From assembly GCA_039589315.1 (NCBI GenBank), contig JBDHHQ010000004.1, forward strand, positions 46,845 through 110,844: 64,000 bases of DNA. The letters run 5' to 3'. Every line of letters begins with the position of its first letter. The first letter of the stretch is position 1. The notes beneath the pieces were generated by a model, which saw only the letters and a program-made list of their open reading frames with translations, was not told the origin of the DNA and did not search any database. Position numbers and translations under genes: made by a program. This DNA comes from Gemmatimonadota bacterium (GTDB taxonomy: Bacteria > Gemmatimonadota > Gemmatimonadetes > Longimicrobiales > Gaopeijiaceae). Shown piece after piece: positions 28,243 through 37,800 of this stretch.

Positions 28243-29666
28243 TCCCTTCCCTCCATGGCGTCTCTGGCGGCCTGTCCTCCGGTGCCGGCTCCCAGCGACG
28301 CATCGGTGGCGCTCGGGGAGGAGGGGGCGTCCCGGCTATAGATCGCGCCGTCTTTTACGACGAACTCCACGTAGCCGAGCGTGTTGATGTCGAAGAGGGG
28401 GTTGCCGTTCACCACCAGCACGTCCGCGATCTTGCCCGGCTCGATCGTTCCGAGATCACGGCCCATGCCCACGATCTCGGCCCCGGTCTTGGTGGATGCC
28501 GAGATAGCCTCGATGGGGCTCATGCCGCTGTCCACCAGCGCCGAGATCTCCCGCCAGGCGGCCTCCGTGTGGAAGTTCATGGGCGAGCCCGAATCGGTGC
28601 CCATCCCCATCCTGGCGTGCGCATCGATGAACTGGCGCGCGGCGATCTCGCTGTTGCGGATCTGCCGGGGCGTCGTGCGGAAGTACGAGTTCCGGTGGAA
28701 GCCCACGAAGGAGCGCTGTACCTCCTCGTAGATGTCGGGCGGGAAGTCGACCTCCAGCCGCGGATCCTGCAGCCGCTCGGGGAACTCCACCGTGGCTGGA
28801 TAGACCCAGATGCGGTGGGCGATGGTCTGCACCACCGGAATGCCCCGGTGGGAGATCTCGCTGATGAGCTCGTCGCTGTACGGCGGGTTCCCTCCGGAGC
28901 CGGCGTGCTGGATCACGTCCGTGCCGGCGCGGATGGCCGCCCACATGTCGTCGGGTGCGTAGAGGTGGCTGTGGACTGGGACGCCGTCCTTGTGCGCTTC
29001 TTCAACGACCGCCCGGATGTCGTCCTCGGTCATGCCGGCCCAGGTCTTGATCAGGTCGACACCGGAGTCGATGAGGTCGCGGGTCTGCTCGGCGGCCTCC
29101 TGGGGCGAGGAGATGCGCCGCTGGAAGTGGTCTGGGAATCCGCGACCCGCCCGGGTGACCCAGGGTCCGCTCACCAGCATGCGAGCGCCCGGGATCTCCC
29201 CGGCGTTGATCCGGTCCCGGACCCTCACGATCTCTATGGGCGCACCGAGGTCAACGGCCGTGGTGACCCCGGCCAGGAGCAGCTGCCGGGCGGAGATCTC
29301 CATGACCTCCTCTTTGCGATTCTCCAGGATGGGCCACCAATCCGCGTACTCGCCGTGGCCGAGGATCATCAGATGGACGTGGAGGTCTATCAGGCCGGGC
29401 ATCATGGTCTTGCCGCTGGTGTCCACCACCCGAGTGTTTTCCGGGATCTCGACCTCGTCCGCAGGTCCCGCAGCCACGATGCGGCCATTCTCGATCAGGA
29501 TCGCCGCGTGGTGGATGGCCGGTGCCTCGTACCCATCGAGCAGCATGCCGCCCACCAGGGCGAGGCGGTCGGCTGATTGCCCGCCCTGAGCCAGGGCCGA
29601 CGGTGCATTCATCGCGAACAGGCCGAAGAAGAGGCCCAGCACGCCGGCACCCAGCCCCCGGCGCAT
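28239..29666 (-). CDS. Exported metal-dependent amidohydrolase (paralog A6)
   Basis: SD AAGGAG, ATG 29666; signal ending ALA-Q; DLHVH, DLIK, HSH, IQH, GTDSGSPMNFH. Confidence 0.92.
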   Translation of the reverse strand: MRRGLGAGVLGLFFGLFAMNAPSALAQGGQSADRLALVGGMLLDGYEAPAIHHAAILIENGRIVAAGPADEVEIPENTRVVDTSGKTMMPGLIDLHVHLMILGHGEYADWWPILENRKEEVMEISARQLLLAGVTTAVDLGAPIEIVRVRDRINAGEIPGARMLVSGPWVTRAGRGFPDHFQRRISSPQEAAEQTRDLIDSGVDLIKTWAGMTEDDIRAVVEEAHKDGVPVHSHLYAPDDMWAAIRAGTDVIQHAGSGGNPPYSDELISEISHRGIPVVQTIAHRIWVYPATVEFPERLQDPRLEVDFPPDIYEEVQRSFVGFHRNSYFRTTPRQIRNSEIAARQFIDAHARMGMGTDSGSPMNFHTEAAWREISALVDSGMSPIEAISASTKTGAEIVGMGRDLGTIEPGKIADVLVVNGNPLFDINTLGYVEFVVKDGAIYSRDAPSSPSATDASLGAGTGGQAARDAMEGRE

Positions 29667-29873
29667 GGACGGCTCCTTCAGGCTTACGACCGAGCCCAGC
29701 GGCAGCGAGGAGCTCTTCGTACCCACGGCCCCGCGTCCGATCGGCGTCAGCCCCGTCCACCCAACGACGGAGCGCAGCCGCGGCGGAATCCTCATCAAGA
29801 CGTCCCCTTTCAGAACCGGCGGTTGACCAGCCGGCCACCGTGCGTTGAGTTCTTCAGGCGCCCTGCGAGAAGA

Positions 29874-29899
29874 GCCGGTGAGCCCTCGGGCCCACCGGC
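29874..29899 (-). terminator. Intercistronic hairpin, possible weak terminator or RNA-stability element
   Basis: Minus strand GCCGGTG-GGCCC-GA-GGGCT-CACCGGC followed by TCTTCT, 45 nt after the stop at 29944. Confidence 0.45.
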
Positions 29900-29943
29900 A
29901 TCCCTCGGAGACGACATGTCCTTCTGCGAGCCTGAATCGGGCC

Positions 29944-31194
29944 TCAGGCGATGCCACCGGCCTCGGGAGAGCAGCGGCCTTGCTCGATCACCTTGTTCCC
30001 GTCGACGTAGACGTCGCAGTCGAACATGGCGTAGTGGCTGTGATTCGGGGCGATGCGGGCTGTCGCGCCCAGACCCGAGTACCCGGCGTCAGGCCCACCC
30101 ATGCCGTGGGCGAAGTTCATGCCCAACGAGTAGAGCAGGCTTCCCATCAGGTTGTGATGGTAGTGGCCGATGTCGTCGACGCTGCTGAGCTGGGTCTTCT
30201 CGTGGGTGCCCCAGCCGAAGTGCGCAAGGCCCCACGCTTCCCGGTGATCGAAGGAGGACAGGTGCTCCTGCCACTGCCGAGCCTGGCTCCCCCCTTCGAC
30301 GCCCGTCACGTACCCGTTTTGGAAGGTGACCCTGACTTCCTCCCTCAGGACATTGGGGTAGATATCCCGGATGATGTCGCCCGGCTTGAACACCAGCACG
30401 CCGTCGGCGCTGTCCTCCACCGGACCGTAGGCCACGCAGCCGTAGCCGAAGTTGTCCCAGCGCCCGGGGAAGTCCGCGATGCCGTACTGCGCGTGGCCGG
30501 GCCTCCCGGCACCGGAGCAGGTCCAATCCGAGCCGGCCTCGTTGGTGACGCGTATCTCGCCGCGGGCCTCGTCCAGGAGGCGTGCACCCCTGAGCGTGCG
30601 TTCCCGCCGTTCCGCAGTGGGGAAGTACCGCTGCTGCCGACCCAGGTCGTATCCGACGTTCAACCACCGGGTCTTCGATCCCGGCCGGTTGATGTACTCG
30701 CTGTCGCTGCGATAGGGGTGATCTCCGACCTTGACGTTGTAGGCCGTCGTTGGGCTCGGCAGGCCAGGTGCGGAACCCAGACTGCTGTTGATCAGGAGAT
30801 CGGCCTCGGCATACAGATTCCAGTGGACCGGCGTGAGCGCGGCCCCGGGCGACGGGCCCAGTCGCCCCTGGTCGCGACCCTGCGTCGGATCGTGGGAGAT
30901 CACGGCGACGTGCATGCCCGTAGCCCCGATCTCCCCGGCAGCCACCAGCATTGCCTGCATGTAGTCTACATCGTAGACCATCGGCGTGGTGAGGATGAAC
31001 GTCTCACCGGCTTTGAGCAGGTTCTGATCGAGGATCCTCCGGCAGTGCGACACCAGGAAGGCAGACGGCTCGGGACCTCGGTACGCCGTCTCCGTTGTCG
31101 ACATCAGCCATTCCTTGCGCACCGGAGCTGCGCCGAGTGCCGCCGACCCGACCCCGGCCGCCCCTGCGGTCTTGAAGAACTCTCTGCGTTTCAC
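29944..31194 (-). CDS. Tat-exported NicX-like metalloprotein, H-x-H variant (paralog of 17740-18990)
   Basis: SD AAGGAGG; Tat motif KRREFFK; QYGIADFPGRWDN, GLAHFGWG, NHSHY. Confidence 0.75.
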   Translation of the reverse strand: MKRREFFKTAGAAGVGSAALGAAPVRKEWLMSTTETAYRGPEPSAFLVSHCRRILDQNLLKAGETFILTTPMVYDVDYMQAMLVAAGEIGATGMHVAVISHDPTQGRDQGRLGPSPGAALTPVHWNLYAEADLLINSSLGSAPGLPSPTTAYNVKVGDHPYRSDSEYINRPGSKTRWLNVGYDLGRQQRYFPTAERRERTLRGARLLDEARGEIRVTNEAGSDWTCSGAGRPGHAQYGIADFPGRWDNFGYGCVAYGPVEDSADGVLVFKPGDIIRDIYPNVLREEVRVTFQNGYVTGVEGGSQARQWQEHLSSFDHREAWGLAHFGWGTHEKTQLSSVDDIGHYHHNLMGSLLYSLGMNFAHGMGGPDAGYSGLGATARIAPNHSHYAMFDCDVYVDGNKVIEQGRCSPEAGGIA

Positions 31195-31246
31195 GATGCC
31201 TCCTTGGTGAACCCGTTACGGGATTCGAGTGGACCAGCGTGTCCTT

Positions 31247-32212
31247 CTATCCGCCTCCGGGCTTCCGCCCGGCGACGACGATCAGAGGAGCCGTCATCCG
31301 CAGATACCCGCTCCGCGGTACGCCCCCAGGATCAGTGTAGAAATCCTCGAGCCTCTTCTCCGCCCTCCGGTGGTGCTCTTTGAGCTCGGCTTTCGACATT
31401 CCTCCCTTCACCACCATGGCCGCGGTGGCCTCGGGGAGCGGCGCCGCCTCCGTCGTGAGCTGATCGACGATCTCACGGAATCCCCGCCGAGGATCGCAGA
31501 GCAGGTGGACCTGACAGATGGCGTCTGCCGCCACGTCTTCCAGACCGGCCCCGAGGAACATGCCGGGCAGCTCCAGGCCGATGCGCGGGTTCTTGCCCCT
31601 GGCCTGCCAACCTCGATGGAAGGCCCCGTTCAGCCTCTCCGACAGTCGAGTGAAGCGCGCGTCGTCCGGGTCGTGGGCCAATTGCGTGGCCACTGGCTCC
31701 GCGGCGGCCTGGAAGCCACCCTCGCGCACGACCCTTTGCATCTCCACTACCGCGTCGCGGGCCCGGTCGAGCGTGCACAGCAGGCTGCTGCACAAGACCA
31801 CGTCGGCAGAGTCGCCATCGAGAGGGAGAGCGTACGCGTCCCCCTCCCGGAACTCGACGTTCGTGAGTCCGGCGGCAGCCGCTTGCTTGCTGGCCAACCG
31901 GACCGCCTGCCTATCGACGTCGAAGGCAAGCACCTCGCCCGACCCCTGCAGGCGGTCGGCGAGCCGGAGCGCCAACGCGCCGCGGCCACATCCTACCTCG
32001 ACAACGGTCTTGACTTCCTCTAGCGGCAGAAGCCGCTCCAGCGCCCACAACAGGTCCCTGCTCTTCTCAAACAGCGCTCCCCGCGCGACCCGCGCGGGCG
32101 GAGACGACTCGGCCGCTTCCTGCTGTGGGCTCTCAACCTCATTCAGGAGCGATCCATCGGCGCGCGAGGCCCCCGAGTCGTGGGGTCCCCTGCGCGCCGA
32201 CGTTCGGCTCAT
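31247..32212 (-). CDS. Class I SAM-dependent methyltransferase
   Basis: VVEVGCGRG motif I, VLAFDVD, EGDAYALPL, DVVLC, RVVREGG; ATGA-coupled to the upstream gene. Confidence 0.9.
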   Translation of the reverse strand: MSRTSARRGPHDSGASRADGSLLNEVESPQQEAAESSPPARVARGALFEKSRDLLWALERLLPLEEVKTVVEVGCGRGALALRLADRLQGSGEVLAFDVDRQAVRLASKQAAAAGLTNVEFREGDAYALPLDGDSADVVLCSSLLCTLDRARDAVVEMQRVVREGGFQAAAEPVATQLAHDPDDARFTRLSERLNGAFHRGWQARGKNPRIGLELPGMFLGAGLEDVAADAICQVHLLCDPRRGFREIVDQLTTEAAPLPEATAAMVVKGGMSKAELKEHHRRAEKRLEDFYTDPGGVPRSGYLRMTAPLIVVAGRKPGGG

Positions 32213-33354
32213 ACAAGCTCTGGAATCAGTCGCCCGTTCTCGATCACCTGATCACCGTCGAGGAACATGTTCTTGTTGCGGCAGCAGATGTCGATGTGGA
32301 CCGGCGTGTAGTTCTCCCCACCGAGGCCGGCGAACTCGTCCCCGGAGTCGAACATGTTGCGGCCGATCGAGACCATGACGTTGCCGATCAGGCTCTCGGA
32401 GTCCATGCCCATGACCTGCCACTGCGCCCGGTGCTCCGTCCCCCAGCCCGCGTGCGCGATGCGGAACGGGTCGGCCAGCCGTCCTTCCGGATGACGGTAG
32501 TCCTGGAACAGTTCGAGCCTTTCGCGAATCATGTCGGCGTCGGTCCCGCCCTCGATTGCGGTCAGTCGTCCGCCTTCCAGCGTGATCTTCACCGGCGTGG
32601 TGCAGCGCGTCTGGATGCCCAGGATGATGTCTCCCGGATTCACCATGTAGACGCCTTCGCTCCGGTCTTCGAGGGGCCCGCAAGCCACCAGGCCGGACGG
32701 CCAGTGATCCCACCGACCGGGGATGCTGGAGATCCCGACCTGGGCGTGACCCTTGCGACCGTCCTTTCGCAGGGTGAAGTCGCTGCCCTGATCGTCGGTC
32801 ACGCGGATCTCATTCGCGGCCGCCATTCTTCTGGCGCCGGCGTAGGTCCGTTGGATGACGTCCTCGTCGGGGAACATCCGCCTGAGCGTCGAGACGGGCT
32901 GCTGGACCATGAGCGTTCGCGTGCCGGCGGCCAGCGCGGCGTTGTGTGCATCGGTATAGAGCGGGATCGCACCGTAGACCAGATCCGCAGCGACGAATGC
33001 CTCCTCGAGCAGATCGCCACCCTCCTGGCGAGAGGGATCCACCGCCCCGCCCCCGCCCGGCGTCGTGGCAACGAGAGAGTACGCGTTCGCGCCCAGGATC
33101 TTCGCCGCCGCCAAGGAGGCCTCGATGTACTCGGGTCGCGCGAAGTCGGGCCTCGAAAAGAAGAGGAAGTTCTCGCCCGCGCTCAACTCGCACAGCTGCA
33201 TGTGGCGATGGAAGAGATCGACGAGGTCCGATGATTGGGAGGGATCCGGATCCACCTCCTCGATGGGGACATCGAGCGCCGACAGGGTCGACGGCAGGGT
33301 CGAGGCCGCCAGCACCTGCACACCTGCCGCCTGAAAGAAGGTACGACGCTTCAT
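32209..33354 (-). CDS. Tat-exported NicX-like protein (2,5-dihydroxypyridine 5,6-dioxygenase family), canonical H-x-D
   Basis: Tat motif KRRTFFQ; PGRWDHWPSG, GDIIL, IAHAGWG..RAQW, GMD, TPVHID match recalled NicX motifs. Confidence 0.8.
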   Translation of the reverse strand: MKRRTFFQAAGVQVLAASTLPSTLSALDVPIEEVDPDPSQSSDLVDLFHRHMQLCELSAGENFLFFSRPDFARPEYIEASLAAAKILGANAYSLVATTPGGGGAVDPSRQEGGDLLEEAFVAADLVYGAIPLYTDAHNAALAAGTRTLMVQQPVSTLRRMFPDEDVIQRTYAGARRMAAANEIRVTDDQGSDFTLRKDGRKGHAQVGISSIPGRWDHWPSGLVACGPLEDRSEGVYMVNPGDIILGIQTRCTTPVKITLEGGRLTAIEGGTDADMIRERLELFQDYRHPEGRLADPFRIAHAGWGTEHRAQWQVMGMDSESLIGNVMVSIGRNMFDSGDEFAGLGGENYTPVHIDICCRNKNMFLDGDQVIENGRLIPELV

Positions 33355-33408
33355 CGGAGACTCTCCTTGTGATGGTTGCCTTTGGCGGTTTTGTCGGGCG
33401 ACCCGTCT

Positions 33409-33451
33409 CCCGGGCCCGATTCAAGGGCTACGCCCCCGATCGGACCCGGGC
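33409..33451. other. Stem-loop between susD and the downstream enzyme genes
   Basis: CCCGGGCCCGAT ... ATCGGACCCGGG inverted repeat with an ~18-nt loop. Confidence 0.45.
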
Positions 33452-33473
33452 TGCGGGTGTTGGAAAGACGTAC

Positions 33474-34847
33474 TCAGCTGAGCCCCTCGATGTTGTCGAT
33501 CTCTCTCCGCGGCAGCACCTGGCAGGTGATGTCACCAACCGGGAAGCCCTGAGGGATCTCGGTGTGGAACAGGTCCAGGTTGTACTTCCGCAGGTACAGG
33601 CGCTTGTCGCCCAAGAGGACCTCGGCCTCGAAGAGCAGCGTCCGCTGCTTCTCGTCGATGAGCTTGTCCCGGATCTCGTTGGGGCCCGTGCCTGCAGGCT
33701 GCCACACGATATCGACGCCTCGCTCGGCGCGAATCTCGTTGATGATCTCGACCGTCCTGTCGGGATCGGATGCCAGAGACGCCTCGGCGATGATGTAGCG
33801 CATCTCGGTGCCGTTGGTGATGACGACCGGGTCGCTTCCCGACGGCATCTTCACCGCTGCGTACACGTCGTCGAACTCACCCCGGGGCGGGACCGGGTTC
33901 TTGACCAGGAGCGTGCGCGGATCGGGAATGCCCGTGTCGTCCACCGTCAGGTCGCGGAACGCGCTGGATACGCTGTGCTCGCCGAAGCCCCAAGTCCGGA
34001 ACCAGATCCGGTTGGTCTGCTCGAAAGTGTTGGTCGAGTAGGTCGAGACGAACTCGAAGTCGTCCGGGACCTGCTCCGCGAAGGTGGCGGCTTGAGCGTC
34101 GTTCCCCAGCAGGCGGTTCACCCGGGCGAGCCCAGCCAGGGCGGCCAGCCTGATCTCCTCTTCCGCGCTAGACGCGGACGCTGCGGCCTGGAAATGCTCC
34201 AAGGCAATCTGGTAGCCTTCCAGCGAGCTGTACCGTGGTGGTCTTGCGTCCAGCACCAGCTCGCAATAGAGGTCGGACAGCCACACGATCTCGAAGCCGC
34301 GATACAAGGAGAGCCGGGCGTACTCCGCCGAGTTCGCGTCCAGCCCCTCGAACTCGCCACTCAGGATCCGCTCACGGGCCCTCTCAGCCGACGCGATGCT
34401 CTGCTGGAGGTACGCGTAGTAGGCCACCTCGGGGCCTCGGCTATCCCGTTCCCCTCCGGTGAGCCCTCCCGCCTGCCCGCCGCCCTCATTGACGTTTCGC
34501 TGCGACAGCGCGAATCGCAGATTCCCCACCGCCACGATGCCGCCGCCCAACTGGTTCGATTGGTACACCCACACGTCGTAAGCGTAGTCCATGTCCACCT
34601 TGGTTCCGACCATCGTCTCCTGAAGGAGAGGCGGGTTCTGCGTGGCGTCCACGAAGTGGGGGTCGGGATCGACGGTCAGGAGGTCGTCGCAGCCGGTGAT
34701 GCCTATCGAACCGACCGCGACTGACACGCCGAGGATCCAGATGATCGCCTGGCTCCTGCCGAGCCGCCTCCGATCGATGTTCTTCTCGTCCATGGTGCGT
34801 CTCCCTTGCTGGCGTTTCTCTTCGTCGGCAATCAGTGTCCTCGACAT
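33474..34847 (-). CDS. SusD/RagB-like substrate-binding lipoprotein
   Basis: Directly downstream of SusC (TGATG overlap; alternative ATG 34793); lipobox ITGC-DDLL; GLARV, DPR, YIIAEA, INEIR, EKQRTLLFE, LP..E..N helical SusD-type motifs. Confidence 0.85.
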   Translation of the reverse strand: MSRTLIADEEKRQQGRRTMDEKNIDRRRLGRSQAIIWILGVSVAVGSIGITGCDDLLTVDPDPHFVDATQNPPLLQETMVGTKVDMDYAYDVWVYQSNQLGGGIVAVGNLRFALSQRNVNEGGGQAGGLTGGERDSRGPEVAYYAYLQQSIASAERARERILSGEFEGLDANSAEYARLSLYRGFEIVWLSDLYCELVLDARPPRYSSLEGYQIALEHFQAAASASSAEEEIRLAALAGLARVNRLLGNDAQAATFAEQVPDDFEFVSTYSTNTFEQTNRIWFRTWGFGEHSVSSAFRDLTVDDTGIPDPRTLLVKNPVPPRGEFDDVYAAVKMPSGSDPVVITNGTEMRYIIAEASLASDPDRTVEIINEIRAERGVDIVWQPAGTGPNEIRDKLIDEKQRTLLFEAEVLLGDKRLYLRKYNLDLFHTEIPQGFPVGDITCQVLPRREIDNIEGLS

Positions 34848-37800
34848 CAGAACTGCATCTGTATCCGCGCGAAGAATCGCCTCGGAACCGCCTCACCGTA
34901 GAACTCCTCGTTGGCCACGAACTCGGTCTGCCCGCCCAGCACGATGGCTTCTGGATCGAGGCCGCGGTAATTCGTCCAGGTAGCCAAGTTCCGGGTCCCG
35001 ACCGTCAGGGAGGTCCTCACGTCCCTCGTGAGGTTCTCCGGGATCCGGTAGGTGAGCGTGACCTCTCTCCATTTGATGAACGACCCGTCCTCGGCGAAGA
35101 CGAAGTCCCGGTGGATTCCGCCCTCGACCAACGACTTCTCCATGGCCGCTTGCTCCTCGGGCGTCATCTCCGACTCGCGGAACGCGTATTCCCGCGTTCC
35201 CGCGAAGTCTCGTCCGAAGCTCACGTGGAAGTCGCTGGTGCCGTTGTTCTTTGACACGTTGCCCTTGCGATCGAACAGCGTGGAAAGCGTCAGCCGCCCC
35301 TGCAACATGGTGAAAGTCGTGGACAGGCTCTGGAAGTTCGTTGGCTGAGGACTCCCCAGGAACGAATAGTCCGCCTGGCTCCCGGTGAGCCCCAGGTCTC
35401 CTGGCTGTACGACGACGCTGCCCTCGACGATCGTGCCGTCGGCGGCTCGCTCGGCCCTGGTGATGATGGGACCGTAGTACGAGCCGGGCGGGAAGCCCTC
35501 GATGAACGCACCGCGGTTGCCTCCCAGAAGAAGCGGTGGGAACTCACCCATGGAGGTGATGATGGGATTCTGTGTGCTGTGCCTGTAGTCGAGGTCCCAT
35601 TGGAAGGACGCCGTGTTCACGAGCTGCGCCCCGATCTGTGCCTCCCAGCCGTTGTTCTGAAGCTCGCCCACGTTGATCCACTGTTGGCCTCTGAACCCGG
35701 CCGATGGCGCCAGGAACCGCTCCAGGATCGCGTCCGTCGTCGTTTGCCGGAAGTAGGTGAACTTGACGGCCAGCCGTTCGTCCAGCAGGCCGGCGTCGAA
35801 GCCCAGCTCCAACTCGGCCTTCCGCTCGGCCGTCAGGTCCTCGTTCCCCGGGAAGGCCGCCGACACGCCCGTGATCTGGTTGCCGCCCGACTCCAAGCGA
35901 ACGGGTAGGAGCCTGGTGATCGATGCGGACTGCGGAGGGGCCTGCGCAGCCGTGCCATAGGCACCGCGGAACCGCAGGCTGGACCACCACGAGACGTTCC
36001 AGAAGTCGTAGGCGCTGGCCACCCATGACGCGTTGAAGCTGGGAGACCAGATGCCGGATTGATTCTCGCCGAAGGCGCTGTTGTCGTCGTACCGGATTCC
36101 CGCGCTGAAGAACAACCGGTCGTCGAAGGAGAAGCGCTGCTGGCCGTACACGCCAGCCTGACGGTTGTCGCTCAGCCCCGAGAAGCCCGACTCGATCAGC
36201 GCGGCGTCGCACGCGGTGGCCGTGGGGCTCGCGAATCCGCCTTCCCCGATGCACCCCACGAGCTCGCTCCGTCGCTGGAAGTACTGGGCGCCGAAGCTGC
36301 TGGTCGAGGAAACCCGACTGCTCAGGTTCGCCAGGATCGTACCCGTGTACTCAAAGGTCTTGTTGGTGGTGGTGTGTCGCTGATCCCGGATGAAGCCGGA
36401 AGACAGGATGCCGAAGGGCCGATCCTCATCCAGCGGGAACTCGTTGGTGTCATGTTCCTGGGAGAAGTCGATCCCGACCGTGAACCGGTTCGTGAACCAG
36501 GACGCGGGCGTCCAGGCGGCGACCGCGCTTCCTATGAACCGGTTGAGCTCCTGTCCGCTGAGGACGGTGTTCAGGTTGTCGAAGTTCGAGATCAGGTTGC
36601 CCTGCTGGAACTCGCACCGCGCATCCTGGTTTTCGCCACTGGCGAGTGTCCCCAGGCAGTCGCCCCGGGTCCCGTCGGGCTTGACACCGAAGGAAGTGAG
36701 GGCTCCTCCGGCTCCGCCGTTCGTAGAGTAGCCGCGGAAGCTCCGTGAGGACTCGGGTACGCGGACTTCAGATTCCACGTAGTTGGTGCTGAGGACGACC
36801 TCGAACTTGTCGCTCGTTCGGGCGGTGAGGTTGCCGCGCAGCGAAGCCCGCTCCAGGGTGTTCACCGGGTACGGTCCGTCGGAGTTCTCGTACCTGCCGG
36901 ACACGAAATACTGGATGTCCCGTCCGCCGCCGTTCACGCTCAGGTTGAACGCGTTGGACCACCCGGTGCGCAACGGACTGGTGAGCGCATTCGTCATGGA
37001 GTTGTGGAAGCCCCAAACTTCTCCCGTGACCGGGTTTACGGTGGCGTTCCACTGCTGGGCGATGGGACTGTTGACGTCCGTGATGCCCATGAACTTCGTG
37101 AAGTTGTAGTACTTGTCCCAGTAGTGAGCATTATCCTGGACGAAACCTGTCTCCCAACTGGCGGTGACGCCGTGCGCCCCCCTCCGGCCCTTCCTCGTCT
37201 CGATGATGATCACGCCTGACGCCGCCTCCGACCCGTAGAGGGCAGTGGCGGTCGGCCCCTTGATGACCTGGACCGATTCCACGTCTGACGGATTGATGTC
37301 GTCGATGCGAGAGAACGTGCGTCCTTCGGTCCAGTCGATGGACTCGGGACCGCGATCCGTCTCGTTGCTGACCCGAACCCCGTCCATGATGATGATCGGG
37401 TTCGCGCCCTGGCTGAGGCTGGTCACGCCTCGAACGCGGATCCTCGAAGCGCTCCCGACCGGCCCGGTTCCCTGCTGGATGTCCACGCCGCCGGCTCGGC
37501 CGGACATCAGGTCGGACAGGGTCGAGACGGCGGCGGTCTCCATCTCCAACTGCGCGTCGAAGCGCTCGAAGTCGGTGCCTACGGCTTGGCGACTGGCGGC
37601 CGCCGCGTCCACCGTGGCGACGACGCCCTCCAGGTCAATAGCCCTGCGCGACAACGTGAAATCGACCTGGACGGTCTCGTCGGCTCGCACCAACACCACC
37701 TGGTCCGAGGTGCCGAAGCCGATGATCTGAGCGCGGAGCGTGATTTCACCGGCGGGGAGGTTGAGCATGAGGAACCGTCCCGCCGCCGTGGTCAGAGCCC

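Noticed and set aside
13655..28600. Recurring ~35-nt sequence GTGGAAGTTCATGGGCGTGCC.GAGTC at several sites, superficially like CRISPR or dispersed repeats
   Set aside because: It is the coding sequence of the conserved DSGTPMNFH motif of the amidohydrolase paralogs. Copies are 1.4 kb or more apart and vary at synonymous positions.
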